A program made the translations under genes and the position numbers. The notes below the pieces were generated by a model that worked only from the letters and a program-made list of their open reading frames with translations, was not told where the DNA came from and did not search any database. From Candidatus Pacearchaeota archaeon (GTDB taxonomy: Archaea > Nanobdellota > Nanobdellia > Pacearchaeales > GW2011-AR1), in the NCBI GenBank assembly GCA_017608705.1, contig JAFCFJ010000007.1, forward strand, positions 1 to 56,546: a DNA stretch of 56,546 nucleotides, in the 5' to 3' direction. This document shows, in pieces, positions 29,553 through 37,945 of this stretch (its first letter is position 1; each line of letters begins with the position of its first letter).

Positions 29553-30458
29553 ATGAAAATCAAAATAACTTTTTTGGGCACGTCACAAGCTGTGCCGACA
29601 GCAACAAGAAACCATACAGCAATCCATATAAGTTATGCTAATGAAAATATTCTGGTTGATTGTGGTGAAGGTACGCAAAGACAGTTCAGGAAAGCAAAAA
29701 TAAATCCATGCAAACTCACCCGAATCCTCATTACGCACTGGCATGGCGACCATGTACTTGGCTTGCCTGGCCTACTGCAAACATTGGCATTGAACAACTA
29801 CAACAAGACACTTCATATCTATGGACCCCTTGGTACGAAAGATTCCCTCGATAAGATTATGGACACATTTGTTTTTGTTTCTCGCGACCAATTAAAACTA
29901 AGCATTCACGAAGTACCTGACGGGCTTGTCTTCGAAACCCCTGATTTTTTCGTCGAGGCAAGAAAAATGCATCATGGCATAGCATGCCTTGCATATCGCT
30001 TTGTGGAAAAAGACAGGGTAAAGCTGGATAAGAAAAAATTTACACGCTATGGACTGAGCGAAAGCCCTATATTGAAGGTGCTGAAAGAAAAAGGAAAGAT
30101 AAAATGGAAAGGAAAAACAATAAGATTAGAGCAAGTAAGCAAGATTGTAAAAGGAAGAAAGATAGCACTAATTCTTGACACAAAGCTTAACAAGAATTGT
30201 TATGAGATAGCAAAAAATGCAGACTTGCTTATATGTGAAGCAACATACAGCCAAGAAGATGCTGAAAAAGCTAAGGAATATAAACATTTAACAGCAAAGG
30301 AGGCTGCTGAGATAGCAAAAAAGGCAAAAGCAAAGAAACTTATTCTCACACACATCTCACAACGTTACGAAAAGAAGGAAGAAATACTGTTGAAAGAAGC
30401 AAAGAAAATTTTCAGAAACACGAGCATAGCAAAAGATCTAGAAAAAATAGAGGTATAA
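29553..30458 (+). CDS. rnz: Ribonuclease Z
   Basis: FLGTS.AVPT, DCGEGTQRQ, THWHGDH, EATY, HLT, LTHISQRY. Confidence 0.96.
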   Translation: MKIKITFLGTSQAVPTATRNHTAIHISYANENILVDCGEGTQRQFRKAKINPCKLTRILITHWHGDHVLGLPGLLQTLALNNYNKTLHIYGPLGTKDSLDKIMDTFVFVSRDQLKLSIHEVPDGLVFETPDFFVEARKMHHGIACLAYRFVEKDRVKLDKKKFTRYGLSESPILKVLKEKGKIKWKGKTIRLEQVSKIVKGRKIALILDTKLNKNCYEIAKNADLLICEATYSQEDAEKAKEYKHLTAKEAAEIAKKAKAKKLILTHISQRYEKKEEILLKEAKKIFRNTSIAKDLEKIEV

Positions 30459-30493
30459 CTAAAAGAATTCTGACTAGGAGAAGAAAGCGAGAA

Positions 30494-30733
30494 CTATTGT
30501 GATGCTGCCGGAGAAATAAATATGATTGTATCGCCACGCAAGAATGTCAGGCCTATGTTTCTCTTTACCTCTCCGTTCTCTACTTCCTTGGCGTTGTCAA
30601 GCACTATATTTATGTGTATGTCAAAAGCGAGCAATGTTCCTACAAGTTGCTTCTCGTTTTTCAGCTGCACAAGTATTTCCTTTCCCTTCGAGTTGTTAAG
30701 CAAGTCAAGCGGTCGCTCGATTCCGTTTACCAT
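30494..30733 (-). CDS. Sm-like (LSm) RNA-binding protein
   Basis: RPLDLL, G.L.AFD.H.NIVL, LRGD. Confidence 0.95.
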   Translation of the reverse strand: MVNGIERPLDLLNNSKGKEILVQLKNEKQLVGTLLAFDIHINIVLDNAKEVENGEVKRNIGLTFLRGDTIIFISPAASQ

Positions 30734-30842
30734 GCTACTCTCTTGCGAGGTGGCTTTTTAAACTTTTCTTTTCTCCAATATCCATATTTTTCCGTCGTAT
30801 ATCAGAGGTAAATTTATTAATCCATCTATCTCTAATTTCGAT

Positions 30843-31574
30843 ATGGATATAGAAAGTTGGCTTTCTGCGCTACAGGTAAAAAATCCAAAAATGGCTATCA
30901 TGCTTGAAAGTGTGTATTCATATAACATCCAGTTTGTTACAAATAAGAAGGAAGAAGAAAAGCTGAAAAAAATTTTGCATGCTATGACAATAGCAGACAG
31001 AAAAGTATTTGTGCCACAAAACATAGCTGACTTAGCTTACCAAGATACAGCATTGCATATAGGACATGGCCAAACAATAAGTCAACCAAGCACTGTTGCA
31101 AGAATGTTGATGCTTCTGCGGGCTGAGAAAGGAAATTATGTACTCGAAGTGGGTACAGCATCTGGCTGGAACGCATGCCTGCTTGCATTACAAGATTGCG
31201 CCGTTGAAACAATAGAAAGAATACCCGAGCTTGCAAAAAAAGCAAAAACAAACATAGATCTGCTAAAAGAAAGATTGTCTAAATCAAGAATGAAAAAGTA
31301 CAGAGAAAAACTTGAAAATATCGTTGTTAAGCAAAAGAATTTTTTTGATATAGGTAGAAAAAAATATGACAGGATTATAATTACCGCAGGAATTCCTGAC
31401 AAAAAAGTAGAGATATTAGTCGAGAAAAAAATCGACGAGCTACTGAAAAACGGCGGAGTTGCTGTTTGTCCATATACCGAAGGCCCTATAGCTGTATATG
31501 AAAGGATTAACGGCAAATTAAAGAAAAGATTTACCCAAGAACATTACTTATTTGTTCCACTTCTAACTGAATAA
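30843..31574 (+). CDS. pcm: Protein-L-isoaspartate O-methyltransferase
   Basis: AY.D..L.IG.GQTISQP, VLEVGTASGW, YDRIIITAG, FVPL. Confidence 0.9.
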   Translation: MDIESWLSALQVKNPKMAIMLESVYSYNIQFVTNKKEEEKLKKILHAMTIADRKVFVPQNIADLAYQDTALHIGHGQTISQPSTVARMLMLLRAEKGNYVLEVGTASGWNACLLALQDCAVETIERIPELAKKAKTNIDLLKERLSKSRMKKYREKLENIVVKQKNFFDIGRKKYDRIIITAGIPDKKVEILVEKKIDELLKNGGVAVCPYTEGPIAVYERINGKLKKRFTQEHYLFVPLLTE

Positions 31575-31675
31575 TTTTATCTCTCAGATGGTAGTAATTT
31601 TTCTACGAAAACTTTATAAATTAAAAGCTGTTTCTCAACATATAGTTTTGAAAATATAGACTAAGGGAGAGCAAA

Positions 31676-31942
31676 ATGAAAGATCCATTCGATCTGTTTT
31701 TCAGAAGAAAACCAGCATTAATGCTTGTGGCATTGAAAAAAATCACAAAGGCAAAATATGGAAGTGTTCTTGCCAAAGAGGTTGATTGCACTTACAGTCA
31801 TGCTGTAAAAATTTTACAAGCCTTGGAAAAACTTGGTCTCGTAACATTTGAAAAGAAAGGCAGAACAAAGCTGATAAAGCTCACGAAAAAAGGCGAGGAA
31901 ATTGCCAACAACATAGCCAACATAAAAAGAGCATTAGAGTAA
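31676..31942 (+). CDS. Winged-helix transcriptional regulator
   Basis: LAKEVDCTYSHAVKIL..LE..GLV...K.GR.K...LT.KG. Confidence 0.85.
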   Translation: MKDPFDLFFRRKPALMLVALKKITKAKYGSVLAKEVDCTYSHAVKILQALEKLGLVTFEKKGRTKLIKLTKKGEEIANNIANIKRALE

Positions 31943-31962
31943 ATACCAATAACAGCGAATTA

Positions 31963-32532
31963 TTATGCTTTTCCCTTGCTTTCTCCGAGAACAATCCCTC
32001 TTGCTATGATATGCGCAACTCTGAGTGGTTCAGGAATATCTCCATGTGTGCATGACAGCCTGAGTAATTCTTTCACATCATTCTCGGTACAACCAGCAAA
32101 CTGAAAATAGATTCTTCTTTTTCCGACAGCTAGACTCTTTATACCGCCTGCTCTCTTTACATATGAAATCGCTTCAGGATTTATTTTGGAAAGAGCAGAA
32201 AGAAATTTTTTCATCTTTGGCTTTTTACGCATATATGCGATAACGCCAAGTCCTGTCTTCTCGTAAACTTGTGCAATATCCACCACATTGAAACCCCCGA
32301 GGCAAATTCCATCAAGCATAATAAACTGCAACTGTTCCTTATGTCTCGAGCCATTTATTGCCCTTATCAGCTGATTTGTAGCATCACAACCATCCCTCTT
32401 TACATAGAAACTGAGCAGTCCGTCAAGCCAATCACCACCACGAAATATTGTGGCTATACACAACACCTTTTTATCTTTCTTGCTGAATGGAGCATCATCT
32501 ATGCCAGCAATCCTAACCTGCCTTTTCAACAT
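31963..32532 (-). CDS. DUF99 family protein (endonuclease V-like fold)
   Basis: GIDDAPF, DG.DAT, MLDGICLGGFNVVD, IPEPLRVAH. Confidence 0.9.
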   Translation of the reverse strand: MLKRQVRIAGIDDAPFSKKDKKVLCIATIFRGGDWLDGLLSFYVKRDGCDATNQLIRAINGSRHKEQLQFIMLDGICLGGFNVVDIAQVYEKTGLGVIAYMRKKPKMKKFLSALSKINPEAISYVKRAGGIKSLAVGKRRIYFQFAGCTENDVKELLRLSCTHGDIPEPLRVAHIIARGIVLGESKGKA

Positions 32533-32876
32533 TTTTCCAGAAAACTTCGTAAGCCTTCTATATGGCTCAGTCCAGCTTTTAAGAGTTCATCCCTCAACGT
32601 GCTGTCAAGTCGCGCGCCCCTCATAGAAAGCTCGCGCTTGAGGAACTTGTAAAGCTTCCGTCCAGCTTTGTCGAAATCCGTCAGGATACAAATTTTATCC
32701 TTACCGCTTAGTTCAACTAATTCCTCTATTAGTTCATAGATACTTTTTCCTGTCTGATTTATTTGGAATACTTTCTCAAAGCCCAGCTCTCTCAGAACAA
32801 TGGCATCGCGTTTTCCCTCTACAACAATCCAGTAACTCTTTGCCCTATCCAGAGTCTTTTGTAATGTCTGTTTCAT
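32526..32876 (-). CDS. Small Toprim-domain protein
   Basis: IVVEGKRD...L..LG, ILTDFDKAG. Confidence 0.88.
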   Translation of the reverse strand: MKQTLQKTLDRAKSYWIVVEGKRDAIVLRELGFEKVFQINQTGKSIYELIEELVELSGKDKICILTDFDKAGRKLYKFLKRELSMRGARLDSTLRDELLKAGLSHIEGLRSFLEKC

Positions 32877-32884
32877 GTGTAAAA

Positions 32885-32958
32885 TGGTCCCGACGGGATT
32901 CGAACCCGCGACACCCGGCTTAAGAGGCCGGTGCTCTGCCAGGCTGAGCTACGGGACC
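32885..32958 (-). tRNA. tRNA-Lys(CUU)
   Basis: GGTCCCG/CGGGACC acceptor, CCGGC CTCTTAA GCCGG anticodon arm. Confidence 0.95.
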
Positions 32959-33819
32959 AAAACTAGCAGGAAAGCCTTGATATAAAAATTTATCTTTCTC
33001 ATCTGTTTTCTCTCCACATGTCACGATAGTTCCATCAAACTTATGCGCTTTTCCAACAGACTCATGGAAGTGTGCTGAAACAAGTTTCTTAATGCCATAC
33101 TTCTCGATAAGCATCCTCAACATGAGATTCCCCCTGTTTTCTTTTTTCTCAACAATGGGCAGTTTATCGACATCGAGCTCAAGCGCATGCTCATAGGGCA
33201 TCACACTGCCTCGTGGCATTTTCTCGAGATAGCAACCATACATAATGAAGAAATCTTCAACTACTTCAAAAAAATGCGCAACATCTATGGCATTGCTATG
33301 ATAAAACCTTGGCGGCACGTGGGAAAACACAAGAGCTTTTTCCGGATTTCTAGCCTTCCTAAGTCTCCTATCTAGAGAAACAGCATAAAAACTTCGGTCT
33401 TCATCAACCATATAACCTTCTCTATCACTGAATACAAAGCCTTTACCGATAGCATCACCTGCGTGCCAGTCAGAGCCTGGCAAAAATAAAACCTCATGCT
33501 CTCGCTGCGCGATAACAGGAACATCAACCGCACTGATTATATTCTGATATTTGTGAGAGAAGATATCGAGCAGATCATTAAACTCTTTCGCTAACTCGTG
33601 GCTTCCTGGCAAGACAAAAGTTTCAATACCGCTTTTGCCAATATATTCGAGAACCTGTTCCAAAAATTCTGAACCACTTATCTCTCTATTCTTGTCACCT
33701 ATTATATCTCCATTGAGCACAAATCTCTCGATTTCATACTCTTTCCTAAGCATATTCAAAGTTGCATAAAATAAGTCAGGACTTGCTTCATGAATGTCAG
33801 AGATAATACCGTATCTCAT
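32920..33819 (-). CDS. Metallophosphoesterase; C-terminus apparently lost, ORF reads into tRNA-Lys
   Basis: SDIH, NGDI, PGSHE, SHVPP, AHFHE motifs; ATG 33819 lies 21 nt from TATA. Confidence 0.8.
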   Translation of the reverse strand: MRYGIISDIHEASPDLFYATLNMLRKEYEIERFVLNGDIIGDKNREISGSEFLEQVLEYIGKSGIETFVLPGSHELAKEFNDLLDIFSHKYQNIISAVDVPVIAQREHEVLFLPGSDWHAGDAIGKGFVFSDREGYMVDEDRSFYAVSLDRRLRKARNPEKALVFSHVPPRFYHSNAIDVAHFFEVVEDFFIMYGCYLEKMPRGSVMPYEHALELDVDKLPIVEKKENRGNLMLRMLIEKYGIKKLVSAHFHESVGKAHKFDGTIVTCGEKTDEKDKFLYQGFPASFGPVAQPGRAPAS

Positions 33820-33875
33820 AAAAGAAAAAGCAAAGAACAATTTTTAAACCTTCCGAAAAAGTAGTCACTACAAAG

Positions 33876-35408
33876 TTAATATTCTCTCGCTATATATACA
33901 ACAGCACTTGCTTTCTTGCCACAGATCACACATGGTCCATCCGGCTTCTCGGGTTCGAGCCTCGTACCGCGAACCCTTGCCTTGAGTTCTTTTTCTATAA
34001 CTTCGGCACATTTCTCTCCTTCATGTGATACAGAGCAAAAGTTGCATCTCGCTATCTTGCCCTGGTCAAGTGCCTCTGCAATTTCGTTTTTGCTCTTGGC
34101 ATCAACAATCCTATTCTCAAAAGCCTTGTCAGCCTGCTCTATCAGATTCTTGTCTATCTCCTTGCTTACCCTCTCTATGTATGAAAGCAGCTCTATCTCA
34201 GCTATCTCTTCCTTGCTCATCGTGTCACGCCTGAACACAACAAGCCTTTGTTGCTCAAGCTCGCGAGGCCCTATCTCTATTCTCAGCGGAACACCTTTCA
34301 TTTCCCAATAATAGAATTTATCGCCCACGCTCCGCTCACTCAAATCCACATCAGCATCAATTCCGTTAGCCAGCAGAAATTCTTTCAGCTCAAGCGCTTT
34401 CTTTATCACGCCTTCATTTTTCTCGCTTGCAACCGGCACGATAATAACCTGCAAAGGAGCGATACGCCAAGGAAAACGCAAGCCGTAATCGTCACCATGG
34501 ATAGCTATTACACTAGCAAAGATTCTCGAAACAGCAGGACCATAACACGTAATATAAACATATTTTTCCCTACCATCCCTATCACGAAACTTTATGTTAA
34601 AAGGCTTGGAGAAGTTTTGGCCAAGCAAATGTGTTGACGGCTGTTGAACAACCTTGCCGTCAGGATGCAAAACATCTGCTGCAAATGTAGCTACCGCGCC
34701 TGCAAATTTATCCCATTCTGGTCGCCTGAAGAATATGAAAGGCAAACCAAAGATATCATGTAAAACCTCTTTTGTTGTTTCCATATCTTCACGAACTTGC
34801 TCCATAGCCTCGCGCTCGCTTGCGAAGGCGCAGTGTGCTTCAATCCAATAGAACTCGCGGCTACGCAAGAAAGGCCTAGTAGCTTTTGTTTCATAACGGA
34901 ACACATTCGCACGCTGGTATGTTTTGAGAGGCAAGTCACGATAGCTTCTAATCCAGTAACTGAACATTTTGTAAAATGCGGTTTCTGATGTTGGCCTTAA
35001 CGCAAGTCTTTCGCTAAGTTTTTCTCCGTCGCCATGCTCTGTGACCCAAAAAACTTCTGGTGTAAAGCCTTTCACATGCTCTGCCTCAAGCTTGAAATTG
35101 CTTTCAGGGATCAGCGTAGGAAACCAATAAGGCTTGTGTCCCTTGCGTTGCAATGTTTCTTCAAGAAAACGATACATCTTCTCCATAGCAAGGACAGACC
35201 AAGGCTGGAATACGATAAAGCCCTTAACATTATAACGCAAATCAGCAAGTTCCGCGCGCTTAACTATCTCAGTAAACCACTCAGAAAAATTTTCCTCCTT
35301 GGAAATATTGAAAGTCACCTTTTCTTCTCCTACCTGTTCTTTAGCCACTGGCTTGCTTCCCTTGCTTTTCTCTCTCTTTCCGCCGCAACTCTTTCTTGCC
35401 TTGCTCAT
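33876..35408 (-). CDS. proS: Proline--tRNA ligase (archaeal/eukaryal type)
   Basis: ALRPTSET, FRYETKATRPFLRSREFYWIEAH, HLLGQNFS, WEMKGVPLRIEIG, C-terminal AREY. Confidence 0.97.
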   Translation of the reverse strand: MSKARKSCGGKREKSKGSKPVAKEQVGEEKVTFNISKEENFSEWFTEIVKRAELADLRYNVKGFIVFQPWSVLAMEKMYRFLEETLQRKGHKPYWFPTLIPESNFKLEAEHVKGFTPEVFWVTEHGDGEKLSERLALRPTSETAFYKMFSYWIRSYRDLPLKTYQRANVFRYETKATRPFLRSREFYWIEAHCAFASEREAMEQVREDMETTKEVLHDIFGLPFIFFRRPEWDKFAGAVATFAADVLHPDGKVVQQPSTHLLGQNFSKPFNIKFRDRDGREKYVYITCYGPAVSRIFASVIAIHGDDYGLRFPWRIAPLQVIIVPVASEKNEGVIKKALELKEFLLANGIDADVDLSERSVGDKFYYWEMKGVPLRIEIGPRELEQQRLVVFRRDTMSKEEIAEIELLSYIERVSKEIDKNLIEQADKAFENRIVDAKSKNEIAEALDQGKIARCNFCSVSHEGEKCAEVIEKELKARVRGTRLEPEKPDGPCVICGKKASAVVYIAREY

Positions 35409-35489
35409 GCCACCCCCACGTGAGGTGCTTTAATAAATTTTGCGATGGAGAAACGCAAGATATTTAAACCCTATGCCACGAGAAAAAGC

Positions 35490-35864
35490 ATGGCCACAAA
35501 AACAGGAAGAAAAGCAAGCGGCGGAAAGTACAAGAAAGCGAGAAAGAAACGAAAGTATGAAATGCCGGGCCAGCCACGCAAAGTAAAGCTTGGACCAACA
35601 AAGAAAAAGAAAATAAGAATGCGTGGCGGCAAATACAAAACAGTTCTGCTAAGCTGTGATGAAGCAAATGTTATAATGCCTGATGGCAAGGCAAAAAAGG
35701 TAAAGATAAAAAATGTATTAGAGACGCCAAGCGACCGCTTTCTCGCAAGACAGAATATCCTAGTTAAAGGGGCAATTATAGAAACAGAGCTCGGCAAGGC
35801 AAAAATCACAAATAGGCCAAGCCAGGAAGGAAGCGTCCAGGCAGTCTTGCTGCCCGAGGAATAA
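35490..35864 (+). CDS. rps8e: 30S ribosomal protein S8e
   Basis: RKASGGKY, R.RGG..K, KGAIIETELG.A.ITNRPSQEG; start Met at 35490 inferred. Confidence 0.95.
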   Translation: MATKTGRKASGGKYKKARKKRKYEMPGQPRKVKLGPTKKKKIRMRGGKYKTVLLSCDEANVIMPDGKAKKVKIKNVLETPSDRFLARQNILVKGAIIETELGKAKITNRPSQEGSVQAVLLPEE

Positions 35865-35965
35865 TTTATAAAGATTACGAAAGATTTTTAAATAAAAACC
35901 GAAAGATTTAAAAAGTTTTCTTCCCACTTTCTTTTAGAAGATTTAAAAATTTTTCGGTTCTAAAA

Positions 35966-36922
35966 GTGAAAATGATAGCCACAATAAAAAAATGTCCGGA
36001 ATGTGGGAGTACTCATCTTATTCACGATGAACAACGAGGAGAAATAATTTGTGCAGATTGTGGTCTGGTAGTAGAGGACAAACTTGTAGATTCAAGTCAC
36101 GAGTTCTATGGCAAAGGTGAGGAAGGAGAGAAAAAGACAAGGGGTGGCGCTCCATTAAGCTTGCAAAAATTTGACAAAGGTCTAACAACAAATGTCGGTG
36201 AGATATCAGACATATACAAGCTTGAAGCAGAACAAACAAGAAAATTTTTCAGGCTCAAGAAATGGCAAGAACGTGTTAGCACAAGCATAGAACGCAATCT
36301 TAGACTTGCTATGGCAGAACTACGTCGCATAGCCTCATTCCTTGATCTGCCTAATGTTGTGCGTGATGAAGCAGCCCGCCTGTACAACCTTGTTCTGCAG
36401 CGAGGATTTGTTCGCGGCAGGAGTATGGAAGCTGTAATAGCTGCATGTATCTATGCAGCATGTCGCAGCTACAACATACCGCGCACGCTTGATGAGATAG
36501 CTAACGCGAGTGATGTGGAAAGAAAGGAAATAGGAAGGACATACCGCTTTATCATGAGGAAACTTGGAACAAAAACAAAACCTAGCTCACCCGAAGATTA
36601 CATACCAAGATTTGCTAGTATCCTCAACCTCTCACCAAAAGCACAGAGTGACGCGCTCAAATTGCTGAAAAGAAAAGAAGTAGCTGAGCTAACCAGTGGA
36701 AGGGGTCCAGCAGGAATAGCTGCTGCAGCCTTGTACATAGCAGCATTGCTAAACGACCAGAAAAAAACACAGCGCGAGGTGGCTGATGTGGCAGGCATAA
36801 CCGAAGTAACAATAAGGAACCGCTATAAAGAACTGCTCGAAAAACTAAAACTGGAAGAGAAGATAAAAATCAAAGAGGCAGAGACAAAATCTGGAAAAGG
36901 AAACAAAGGAAAAAAGAAATAA
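35966..36922 (+). CDS. tfb: Transcription initiation factor IIB
   Basis: CPECG..D..RGE..C..CG Zn ribbon, ERNL..A, RGRS.E, IPRTLDEIA, TQREVA..AGITEVTIRNRYKEL. Confidence 0.97.
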   Translation: MKMIATIKKCPECGSTHLIHDEQRGEIICADCGLVVEDKLVDSSHEFYGKGEEGEKKTRGGAPLSLQKFDKGLTTNVGEISDIYKLEAEQTRKFFRLKKWQERVSTSIERNLRLAMAELRRIASFLDLPNVVRDEAARLYNLVLQRGFVRGRSMEAVIAACIYAACRSYNIPRTLDEIANASDVERKEIGRTYRFIMRKLGTKTKPSSPEDYIPRFASILNLSPKAQSDALKLLKRKEVAELTSGRGPAGIAAAALYIAALLNDQKKTQREVADVAGITEVTIRNRYKELLEKLKLEEKIKIKEAETKSGKGNKGKKK

Positions 36923-36961
36923 ATTTTGTTTCAAATTAATTTTTTTATTTATCTTCTAGTA

Positions 36962-37756
36962 TTATAAGAACACTGTAGAGATTTTGTCAAAGTTTGGGCC
37001 TGAAAGTACGAGCACATGTACCTTCCCATAAATTCTGCTACTATTTATCGTGATCAGTTTTCCACCATGTGCAAACCAAGAACCCTCACTAGCTTTGTAA
37101 GGCTGATGACTCCTTATTATTTTCTTCACACCAAAAATTCTACATATTTTACCTATGATATCATAGCCAAAATTCACGCCGAGGCCGCGGCTGAGGTTCT
37201 TATGTTCACCTTCTAAACCGTCAGGCAAAGGATCGGACCATAGCACATCCAGCTCAATATCGCGTGAAGGATGGCATAAGTCTTGACGTGAGCCAATTTT
37301 TGATGAAACACCACCATGAACGAAAAGTGCTACATTCGGAATTATTGCTGAAAGGTAAAGCTGTTGCAGAAATGGCTTAAGCTCTTTCTCAAAAAATTCG
37401 TGCCATTCCAATCCTTTTCCTTTCACATCATTGACAAAATCACAAGGTGAAAACAAGGGTTCGCCAATAATGCTATAATCTTCGTGGTTCCCTTTCAGTG
37501 CTACAACCCTATGTGGGAACTTGTTTATAAGCTCATATACTTTCCTTACCACACCAACACTATTCGGGCCACGATCAGCATAGTCGCCGAGAAATATAAC
37601 TATATCATGTGTAAAGTTGACAATCTTCAACAGCAAGGCTAGGCTAGCATAATCCCCATGCAAATCACCGACTACGAACACACGCCTTATATCTCGCAAT
37701 TCGCTTTCGTGAAATTCATAAAGGGCCGGGGTTCGTAAAAGAGATCTAATTGTCAT
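36962..37756 (-). CDS. PPP-family Ser/Thr protein phosphatase
   Basis: GDLHG, GDYADRG, GNHE, HGG, LWSDP, RG.G..FG, IIRSHQ. Confidence 0.9.
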   Translation of the reverse strand: MTIRSLLRTPALYEFHESELRDIRRVFVVGDLHGDYASLALLLKIVNFTHDIVIFLGDYADRGPNSVGVVRKVYELINKFPHRVVALKGNHEDYSIIGEPLFSPCDFVNDVKGKGLEWHEFFEKELKPFLQQLYLSAIIPNVALFVHGGVSSKIGSRQDLCHPSRDIELDVLWSDPLPDGLEGEHKNLSRGLGVNFGYDIIGKICRIFGVKKIIRSHQPYKASEGSWFAHGGKLITINSSRIYGKVHVLVLSGPNFDKISTVFL

Positions 37757-37837
37757 ATCAAAAGAGGGAAAAGAAAGTTAATAAATATAGCAATTCACAG
37801 GAAAATTTATAACCAAGCAAAAACAACGAAAGTGTTG

Positions 37838-37921
37838 GCGGGGGTGCCGGAGTGGACAAACGGGCCAGGCTTAGGACCTGGTGGCTTAGTGCCTGCGTAG
37901 GTTCGAATCCTACCCCCCGCA
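37838..37921 (+). tRNA. tRNA-Leu(UAG)
   Basis: GCGGGGG/CCCCCGC acceptor, CCAGG CTTAGGA CCTGG, long variable arm. Confidence 0.95.
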
Positions 37922-37945
37922 TCATGCTAAAAAAAGAAACAATGT

